A model generated the notes under the pieces. The model saw nothing but the letters and a program-made list of their open reading frames with translations, was not told the DNA's origin and searched no databases. The position numbers and the translations under genes are program-made. From Natator depressus (taxonomy: Eukaryota), in NCBI RefSeq assembly GCF_965152275.1, contig NC_134234.1, positions 39,394,920 to 39,458,919 of the forward strand: a DNA stretch of 64,000 nt. Direction: 5' to 3'. Position 1 is the first letter of the stretch. Each line of letters starts with the position of its first letter. Below, one piece after another: positions 1-8,504 of this stretch.

Positions 1-404
1 CTGTGTCTCTTTAGCTTTCAGATTTCCAACTACACTTTAACATAACATTTTAGTACTACAGGTTTTAAAAACTGCATTGTTTTCTCTCAACTTCAGTGGA
101 ACAGATGATGGAACATTCTAAAATAGCTGAACAAATAAATACTCTAACTTAAAGCAACTCACTTTCAGAATGGGACCAGGGTTCGGCCCTTACTATTGAG
201 TATTATGAAGAAGAGAGAGCTAGATTAATGATTTACTGTGATTTGGAATTCACTCTTTAAACTAGCGTTGTTCTGAAAGCAAAAGCAATACCTCTTGCCA
301 TGTTTAGGTAGCTGCAGTCACCTTGCAGTTAACAGAAGATGTAATTATAGACTATAACAAGAAATCCTAATGAATGCATGTCAAGGGAAAAAATGTTTTT
401 TTAC

Positions 405-682
405 CTGTTCAAGCTTTTGTAGAAGTGGATCACTGTAAGCTGCTTCATTCTGATCATCCACCTCATCACATACAGTGTCAGTTTTAGGGGCTTTCCACAG
501 AGCTGGAGCATCTTTAAGTGTTAACATGGGTTTTTTCTTGACCAAATGAAATGCTGCAACTGGAAAAGTTGTTTCAGTTGTATTTAACTGAAGTCCACCT
601 GGGCTGCCAGACTCCAAGATTTGTTCTTCATGCATGGAGTCTTCACTTATAGAACTGCAGTTTGAAACATGCAGCATTTTAA
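405..682 (-). CDS. CENPJ: CENPJ (centromere protein J/CPAP) first coding exon, minus strand; ends at CAG|GTAAAA donor (GT = plus 404-403); ATG at 677 (A at -3); acceptor probably cccAG at ~683
   Basis: ORF 381-677(-) translates MLHVSNCSSISEDSMHEEQILESGSPGGLQLNTTETTFPVAAFHLVKKKPMLTLKDAPALWKAPKTDTVCDEVDDQNEAAYSDPLLQKLEQ. This aligns to human CENPJ FINEEDSLLEEQKLESNNP...TAFPCIKKGPQVAA...EGAYKDPLFKKLEQ. An in-frame TAA at ~720-722 limits upstream extension. Confidence 0.6.
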
Positions 683-2470
683 CTGGGTGACTTATAATGT
701 TTACAGTTCCAGATGACTGTTATCTCTCTATTTGTTTTCCAAACATGGAAACTAAGATTTAGTATGTCTCTGGAACAGGAAGCATTGGACATCCAGTGTA
801 TGATAAAATTTTGTTCACTATTTAAATCTGCAGCAGTGGCCATCTGGAAAAATGAATTTCAATTTAATCTGTTATGCAAGCAGCAGTACAACTGGCAAAG
901 TAACGTCTGTTTGGTTTGGTTGTCAACTTTAAAAAAAAAAAAAGTATTTCCAGGTATTGAAAGTTACACGTGAAAAAGGATAAAAAAAAAAGCTGTTAAA
1001 TGTACCTACAAATAATACATAAAATTGCTTACAATCCACTCAACATATTTATAAAACTGAATCCTTGTGTATTGTTCCTAATACAATAGAAACCACTTAA
1101 ACAACTACTTGCTGAGGAATACACATTATATAAAGCAAAACAAACAATGACGCTTTTAAATTTAGTATCCATTGCAATCAAGTAAATGAATAACATTCCA
1201 AACATTCCAAACGATACAGCATATATAAGCAGTGAATCAAGTAACATATTTAGAGTGATGGAGCCCTGAGATTTTTAAATAGGGTGCCCAAAAGTGGGAA
1301 GAGAAAAAAATTACTGAGGAGATGCCAAGACGACGCATTTGGCATTTATTTTAAGGCTGCGTTTAAAGTCTCTCTATCTAGATGTGGTGAATTTTACTGT
1401 GTTTCACTGAAAGTTAAACACTTAAAACCTTGCTCATTTTTTGAAAACCCTTCATTCAGAGGGTCCTAGTTTGTGTCTGCTCTTGTTCAGGGTACAACAT
1501 ATTCTTAAGCCTAAACCCTGTTAGAGCTTCTGAATTGCAATTGAATTACAAACTGTTACAACAATGGGGCAAGACAGGGACGGGCGAGTTCCCACTCGGG
1601 CACTCATATTACAACCCCGGGGGGGGGGGGCGACAGGGTTCCCCAGACTACACACGTCAAGCCTTGACAATTCCGGCCAGGGAGTTTTCCAATAGTTCTA
1701 AAGCACACAAAGCAAAAGTCCTGTTTTCATGAGAAGTCGATGCCTTTAAAAACTGTCTTTAGATGAACGTACGAAGGAGACCGTCTCCCTCTTGACAGAG
1801 AAGACTTGGCAGGTGGGACATCACATCAGTTTTGAAGCGAGTGGGCAGCAAGCCTGGCAACATTCCCCTCATACACTCAACAGTGCAGCTGCGGGGAGGG
1901 CAGAACAAACTACAGCGGCATTCGCCCTCATCACCCGCAGCATCTCCCCCACCCCAGCGCCTGGACACGGGCCGACGTGCCTCACGCCCTGACACAACCA
2001 CTGGGTGCGAGGGACTCACCACGGCACGACTGTTACAAGCGAGGGACACCCCGCCACGGGGCCCAACGCCTGCCCTGTCCCAATGGTGTGCGTACCTCAC
2101 CATCACCCCCCGTGAATAGTGGGGGGGACAGGACACAACAGCCTCCCCCCGCCAAGATCCTCGCCCCTCCCTCAACACCTGTGGGGGAGGGGGCGCGAAA
2201 GCAGCCCCTCCCAGGAGGGGACCGCCACAGCTGCTGCTGCCCCCGCCCGACAGCTCACCCCCAGCCCTGCGCACCCAGGCAGTTACTCCGCGCGACCCCC
2301 ATCCAGACACCCGCTGAGCCGAGCGCGGCCTAGGCCTAGGCCCGGCTTCCTCATGCCCTACGCACCGACAGCTCCTCGGCCCAGCGCCCCCCGCCAGCTC
2401 CCTTTACAGACCTGCCGCCATCCTGCCGCCTCCCAGCGCCACAGGAGGGACAATGCCGGGCCCGGGGTAT

Positions 2471-2548
2471 TGTGGGAGTTGTAGTCCCAACTCGACGACT
2501 TCCTCTCCGGGCTGGGAGGGAGCCTTCGGCGTTTGAACTACAGCTCCC
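2471..2548. promoter_or_regulatory. Pair of ZNF143/SBS-like motifs (gggACTACAactcccaca on minus at 2471-2488; aACTACAgcTCCCgagag on plus at 2536-2548)
   Basis: Sequence match to the ACTACAnnTCCC core typical of ZNF143 sites in bidirectional CpG-island promoters; seen directly in sequence. Confidence 0.35.
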
Positions 2549-2590
2549 GAGAGCCTCGGCCAGCAGCCGGGACGTTATTGGGCATCAATG
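2500..2590 (+). other. PARP4: Candidate non-coding first exon of PARP4 (option A): ends at CAATG|GTAAAT donor (GT at 2591-2592)
   Basis: Strong donor consensus immediately downstream of the ZNF143-like motifs within the CpG island; human PARP4 has a non-coding exon 1. Not verifiable without RNA data. Confidence 0.2.
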
Positions 2591-3155
2591 GTAAATCTCG
2601 AGCTCCCCCCCCCCACCTTCCCCAGCCTGTGGCAGTTAGAGGGCGGGACTGAATCATCAGTCGCCTCCTTCTCCCCACATTGCTCCTGCCGCCCCCGGCT
2701 CTGGCTGAGGGAGATCCCCTCCCCACCCCACCGGGCGACCCCTCCCCGCCTCCCGGGTTGGGGAGGTGACTATGAGCGACGTTGGACAGTGGGATGCTAC
2801 GTAGAGCCTGAGGCTTTTAGGGGCCGAGGCTTTCTCAGGACAGCCTACAGCATCTCAGGACTGCTGGCCAGCCACAGCCGGGGTGCTGCAGGTGCCACTG
2901 CCAGCAGCTCTGCAGTTTTGTAAAATAATCATAAACTGAGGCATGGGCCTGCCAGGGTGGTCTAGGAGGCGTTAGAGTCGCGTTGGGTGAATGTGGGCGC
3001 ATGTTACCTGCCTAGGGTGTGCGCGTGTTTGTTTAATAACAGTCTTTTGGTGTCAGTTGAACAGGGGAGGGGGAAGGGCAGGAGTAAACAAAAGGGGAAG
3101 TGTTGAGCTTTGTAAGTTTCCCATTTTAGGCAGGTCTGTGAACACTTTTGGTCTC

Positions 3156-3628
3156 CAGGTAACAAAGGTTTCAGAGTAACAGCCGTGTTAGTCTGTATTT
3201 GGAAAAAGAAAAGGAGTACTTGTGGCACCTTAGAGACTAACCAATTTATTTGAGCATAAGCTTTCGTGAGCTACAGCTCACTTCATCGGATGCGTACTGT
3301 GGAAAGTGTAGAAGATCTTTTTATACACACAAAGCATGAAAAAATACCTCCCCCCACCCCACTCTCCTGCTGGTAATAGCTTATCTAAAGTGATAACTCT
3401 CCTTACAATGTGTATGATAATCAAGTTGGGCCATTTCCAGCACAAATGCAGGTTTTCTCACCCCCCCACACACACACACTGTGTGTATAAAAAGATCTTC
3501 TACACTTTCCACAGTATGCATCCAATGAAGTGAGCTGTAGCTCACGAAAGCTTATGCTCAAATAAATGGGTTAGTCTCTAAGGTGCCACAAGTACTCCTT
3601 TTCTTTTTGCAGGTAACAAAGGCGTTAG
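3156..3628. repeat. Family-A hairpin element (head tttcagagtaacagccgtgttagtctg + ~120-bp arm / ~150-bp loop / inverted arm) flanked by 13-bp direct repeat caggtaacaaagg
   Basis: Left arm 3170-3330 and right arm 3480-3612 are near-perfect reverse complements (ggagtacttgtggcaccttagagactaacc...gagctacagctcac). An identical 13-mer sits at 3157-3169 and 3611-3623. Confidence 0.7.
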
Positions 3629-3828
3629 GTGACCAGCCCTCAGTTCCAGCAGCAGGTGACTCACCATTGTACACCCAGCAACCAGGGGTACATAACAGGC
3701 TGGGACTTGTTTCCACACCTTTGTATGAGGGGAGAGAGTGGAACAATGGGCTCCGGTTTGCACGAACTAGATGCAGCTCTTTAATTCCTTGCTAGTTGCC
3801 AGTATTGGTCGTAACCTCAGTATCTCTT

Positions 3829-4027
3829 AATTTCTTCCAGGTTTCAGAGTAGTAGCTGTGTTAGTCTGTATTAGCAAAAAGAAAAGGAGTACTTGTGGCA
3901 CCTTAGAGACTAACCAATTTATTTGAGCATAAGCTTTCGTGAGCTACAGCTCACATCATCGGATGCATTCAGTGGAAAATACAGTGGGGAGATTTATATA
4001 CATAGAGAACATGAAACAATTTCTTCC
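3829..4027. repeat. Family-A short copy (head + one arm + partial loop) flanked by 11-bp direct repeat aatttcttcca
   Basis: ggtttcagagtagtagctgtgttagtctgtatt...gagctacagctcacatcatcggatgc homologous to 3170-3330; flanking aatttcttcca at ~3829-3839 and ~4017-4027. Confidence 0.6.
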
Positions 4028-5379
4028 ATATATCCTCTAAGTGTGGTTTCCTCCAGTCTAAACAGAGGCGAAGCATAGGCAGACAGGGTCACATGGTGCC
4101 GCAGGGCCCCTCCCTGTGGAACAGCTGAGCCAGGCCTGCTTGGGGCAGGGAGCGGGAGAGGCAGAAGGGAAGGAACACTGGGAGCTGCTGCTGCTGCTTC
4201 TGCTTCAACTCTGGGGGGAAGAGACAGAGGAACATCTGGGAGCTTCACAGAAGGGCTGCTGCTTTCCAGAACGGGAAGGGCTCTCGGAAGAGTGGGGGGC
4301 TTGACTCCAGCTGTTTGGGGGTTGTGCCCCCCCCGCACACACTGTCAGCAGGCACCTGTCCATAAACCTTTCTTTATCCTTCGTTTGCAGTCTGTCTACA
4401 TCTTTTCTAAATGACTGTTCCCCATACTGCATACACTGTGCCACTGATGATGTAGTTAGCGCTGTGTAAAAGGCAAGAACTTCCACATTTACCTTATATC
4501 CTTTTTTGAAACTACTGAATTTTGGGATTCTCTATTATAAAGTTTTAAATAAATTATTGTAGTGATTTGCCTTCAGTATTTGTTTATAATGAAAACCCTG
4601 TGTGCCCGCCAAAGATTTCTCTTTGACTTCTCATCTATGCTAAAAACAAAATAAACCCCATTGCTAACAATGGCTCCAATCTTGCATTTTCATCTCAATG
4701 TCCTCATGAAATCCCATTGAGATTAATAGGGTTCTGTGGAGGCCCACTAGCATGGATTTAGATTGCAGCAGGCTTATAGCCAATGATTGTTGGCAACAGA
4801 TTCCCCTTTGCTTCGACCCTCACATGTCCCCTCATTTGCCTCATCTGGTATTGAAAACAGTTTAATACCTTTGCATAACAGTATTGGGGAAAGCTGCCTT
4901 GTCTAGCAAACAAATCCTTTTCAACTTCAGTTGATGGGTGATTGGTGTCAGACTCATTGCTGACAACCATTGTCATCAATGAGTTACTTGCATAGTGTGG
5001 ATGGACCCTTATTGTGAAGCTTTGCAGCTCCAAAAAATGAAGGCAAACCCTTCATTAAAATTCGTCAAAGAGCACAAGCTAAATTCAGATCCTATATCAG
5101 GTAAAAATACCTGGTCATATTAGACTGATTTTGGAAATCTGTGTGTGGAAGTAAAATGCAAACCCTTTTGTGTTAATCCTTAATAGCAAACTGATCCCTA
5201 AATAAAGGTGCCTGATTGGAATAGGACATAGTTGGCTGATGAGTGACACTATTATGCTTTTATTATATCTATAAAACTAATACAACAAACATGTATTTGG
5301 GTCACTAGCCAGGGGTAGGATTTTGCTGTCTGTATTGAAGTCTCTCCCTATGGGGATGGGTGGAGAAGAGTCTGTCATA

Positions 5380-5818
5380 GACGCAGAAAGAGAGAGTAAA
5401 ATCATCTCCACCCATCAACAAAGCGAAAGAAACAGCGGCGGAAAACCCAGCCCGGCAGCTCCAGTATTGTAGCGTCCACTCTGTATTCTCCAGAGGGATG
5501 AAACAGGGGCGGGCTGGATTCAGTTTCCTAATCCCTAAAAGATCCCCCAGAATTCACTTGCACTGTCAATATCGCCGTCTACGTGCATTTCCGGTGCGGC
5601 TCCTACTGCCCAGTAGGAGAACCTGCTTCTTGTTCAATTCGGTTGATCGTCTGCTTCGCAGTTAGTGTTGTCTTTTGTGCCGTTTGGACAGGCCTTTCCC
5701 TTTAGTACCATTGGAACAGGAGAACATTCCACCCCCTCCAGTCATTACACGTAGCCTCTGTCACACATCTTTGCAGATACCGGAAGGTCCCTCTGGCAGG
5801 AAGCTCGCTCCCAGCAAG
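5380..5818 (+). other. Candidate alternative promoter/first exon (option B) ending at CAGCAAG|GTGAGT donor (GT 5819-5820)
   Basis: Local CpG enrichment (agcggcgg, GGGGCGGG Sp1-like box, tttCCGGTg and aCCGGAAGg ETS-like cores) in CpG-poor surroundings, followed by a consensus 5' splice site. It lies 1.77 kb upstream of the PARP4 ATG exon on the same strand. Confidence 0.3.
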
Positions 5819-6877
5819 TGAGTTTATCCAGTTTGTCTCACTCTGTAACACTAGATTTTAGTCTAGGGGTGGGCTCGGGTGCTTCTTTACATCTATAGAC
5901 GTGTGTTTCTTATTTAGGTTGCAGACGAATAAGGGGGAAGATGAGGGAGAGTGAAATCTTTCCTCCCCTTGGATTTGCACTTCCTCCTCTGTTTACTGGG
6001 TGATTCAGATGTTAACTGTATTTGCAGGCCTCATCTCTTTAAGAAACTTCTCTCTTTTCTAGTTGAGCAGTAAGTAGTGTGACAGAGAAAGTGTAATATG
6101 GAATGCCCTTTTTGGTGCTTTCTTGGGAATTATTGCCATCTGTTTGTGTTTTTTCTTGAATTGCGGGATCAGATCTGGGTGTGTTGGCTAGATAGACATT
6201 TGTAATTATTTTCATTTACCTTAAACTCTAGAAATAATCTCATTGCTCTGGCTGCACAAATATGGTACATTATTTTTCTAAATGTCAGTATGACATCAAA
6301 CTTTAAAAGGGGGTTGCAGGCCACAGTCTGTTCTAGAGGTTATATTGAGAAAATCCTTTTTTTGGCAACTGTACATTCTCAGAGGAGGAGTTGAGATGGA
6401 CTGTGGAAACTGCATTCAAATCCAGTTTAGGTTCAGTCTAAGGTTTGGGTCTGACAGTGCTGAAATTATATGACTATTCACATCAAAGGGACCAAAATGG
6501 CAAGATCTCTATTGATCTGGTAAGATTTTCACCACTTCAGATAGTCTCAGAAGATTTCCATTGTTCCACTCATTCCAACTGCTTCAACAAATGGGCAGTG
6601 GTTTAACTACGCAATACTGATTCATCACCGAGCGCAGTCCATCCTGTGCAGTGAATGAGGCAGAAATAGTGTGGGAAAAGTAGCATGTGATCATAATGTA
6701 TACACACAAAGAAACTCAATTAAGGTTGCTTGATTTGGGCATTTCCTAACTTCTGAGAGCTTGACTTTGCAAACATATTGTTCTTTTAATGTAGTATTTT
6801 TGTGTGTGATGTGACAAAGTGGGAATTTTTCATAATATTTTGTGTGAACATCATGTGGATTTCACTTTCCCCTATGT

Positions 6878-7145
6878 CAGGGGTGGCCAACCTGTGGCTC
6901 CTGAGTAGACCAGATGTGACCAGGTGACCAGATGTCCTGGTTTTATAGGGGCAGTCCCTATATTTGGGGCTTTGTCTTATATAGGTGCCAATTACCCCGC
7001 ACCCCCGTCCCGATTTTTCACCCTTGCTATCTGGTCACCCTACTGCGGAGCCACATGCGGGTCTTCAGAAGTTAATATGTGGCTCCTTGTATAGACACCG
7101 ACTCCAGGGCTGGAGCTATATGCGTCAACTTTCCAATGTGCTCAC
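6878..7145. repeat. MITE-like element (ggggtggccaacctgtggctc... terminus related to families B/D)
   Basis: Terminus resembles the ggggtgggcaaac TIR of elements at 20229 and 43731. Internal segment ggtgaccagatgtcctggttttatagggg is the reverse complement of 17600-17640. Confidence 0.45.
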
Positions 7146-7585
7146 TGCTTGCAGATCACTGATTGGATGCAGATACAAATTTTGTATCCCCGCAGGGCTC
7201 TAGGAATTTGCATGTACTGTAATGCTATTGTGTCAGTAAGAGACAGAGTCATTTTGGCCTTGTCTAAGATAAGAAAATTGCCCACTGCTAATAACAGATG
7301 TGATCAACAGGTGCAGCTAAACTGTTTTGGAACATGATTTATCTGCAAGTCTAAACCAAGCCAGACACTGTTCAGCAGCATTTCAGAAACTATGGTTAAA
7401 ACCAATTCAGAGTGGCCTTGTTGATGGAACTGAAAAGAGTATTAATAACAGTGGAATCTTTTTGAATGTTCCTAGTGTAGACAAGACTGTAATGTTTGGT
7501 GATAGGTCACTTGGGTGGGGTATGGTATGCAAGGAAATTCTGGAAGTTTTGTGAATTAAAACACTGTTTGTTTGTTTTTTAATAG

Positions 7586-7718
7586 GATGACTGTGGGAAT
7601 CTTTGCAAACTGTGTGTTCTTTCTTAAAATGAAACATTTACCCATTCAGGAGAAGAATAGACTGAGAACATGCATTAAAGAAAATGGTGGAATAATTTAT
7701 TTTGTGCTAAATCATGAG
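7586..7718 (+). CDS. PARP4: PARP4 coding exon 1 (start codon ATG at 7587)
   Basis: Acceptor ttttttaatAG at 7584-7585; donor GAG|GTATAT at 7719. Translates MTVGIFANCVFFLKMKHLPIQEKNRLRTCIKENGGIIYFVLNHE vs human PARP4 MVMGIFANCIFCLKVKYLPQQQKKKLQTDIKENGG (BRCT start). Confidence 0.85.
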
Positions 7719-8108
7719 GTATATTTCACTTTTTTTCCCCCTAATGAATATGGAAGAAGGTTAACTTTTGCCTCTGGCAGAAAAATCACAAATGGTGCAG
7801 ATAGAATGAGTGAGAGTGCTTTCATGTATGAAGTTTTAATATAAATAGTTCTATTTATCAGTGCAGTTGTAATGTATCTATCACTGTAATCTCTAGATGA
7901 CACATAAAAATTAAGAGCAATATCCTTTCTGTCCACAAAAGGACCACATGTTCCACCTTTACTTTGTTTTACTGTGTCATTTTTTATGGTAGTCTTTTTC
8001 CAGGAGAAAAATTACCAGGCCATTATTCTTCTCCTCATCACCAAGGGAAGGCGTCACACAAAATGACAAGTCTTGCATTAGGTCTTGTATTTTTGTTTGG
8101 ATTAGTGT

Positions 8109-8424
8109 AGAATCATAAAAGCGTAGGACTGGAAGGGACCTCGAGAGGTCATCTAGTTCAGTCCCCTGCACACAAGGCAGGACTCTGTAATAACTAGACC
8201 ATTCCTGACAGGTGTTTGTGTAAACTGTTCTTAAAAATCTCCAATGACGGAGATTTCACAACCTCCCTAGGCAATTTGTTCCAGTCCTTAACTACCCTGA
8301 CAGGAAGTTTTTCCTAATGTCCAACCTAAACCTCCCTTGCTGCAATTTAAGTCCATTGCTTCTTGTCGTATCCTCAGAGGTTAACAAGAACAATTTTTCA
8401 CCCTCCTCATTTATTGTACTTAGA
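8109..8424 (-). mobile_element. CR1 3'-terminal fragment (last ~85 codons of ORF2 + 3'UTR); 3' portion of the older CR1 that is interrupted by the nested young CR1
   Basis: Paralogous to 8430-8745 (ggactggaagggacc...ccaacctaaacctccc...). Lies directly abutting the 3' end of the full-length CR1. Confidence 0.6.
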
Positions 8425-8504
8425 ATCATAGAATATCAGGGTTGGAAGGGACCTCAGGAGCTCATCCAATCCAACCCCCTGCTCAAAGCAGGACCAATCC
8501 CCAA

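Larger units (their letters stand above)
1750..2930. promoter_or_regulatory. CpG island / putative bidirectional promoter between CENPJ (minus) and PARP4 (plus)
   Basis: Abrupt switch to very high GC and dense CpG (ccgc, gcgc runs, G13 tract at 1617-1629, C10 tract at ~2607) inside otherwise AT-rich, CpG-depleted sequence. It lies ~1.1 kb upstream of the CENPJ exon on its 5' side. Confidence 0.55.

Noticed and set aside
1500-1740. Possible tRNA/structured RNA near gggcgagttcccactcgggc
   Set aside because: No convincing cloverleaf (no acceptor/anticodon/T-arm arrangement, no GTTCRA box at the right spacing); left unannotated.
1759-2923. Long GC-rich ORFs in the CpG island (1759-2310 minus, 1977-2333 plus, 2119-2484 plus, 2588-2923 plus) with Pro/Arg/Gly/Ala-rich translations
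   Set aside because: Compositional artefact of high-GC DNA (stop codons are AT-rich). Overlapping ORFs in several frames with low-complexity peptides and no recognisable domain. Treated as promoter/UTR sequence, not CDS.
3558-3746. ORFs ending ...KKKRSTCGTLETN[P/K]FI at 3558-3746(-) and 16247-16558(+)
   Set aside because: The shared peptide comes from the Family-A repeat arm (aaaaggagtacttgtggcaccttagagactaac) read in frame; repeat-derived, not a conserved protein.
4116-4340. CTG/CAG-rich ORFs (LLLLLLQLWGEETEE...)
   Set aside because: Short trinucleotide-like low-complexity patch (ctgctgctgctgcttctgcttc); no gene evidence.
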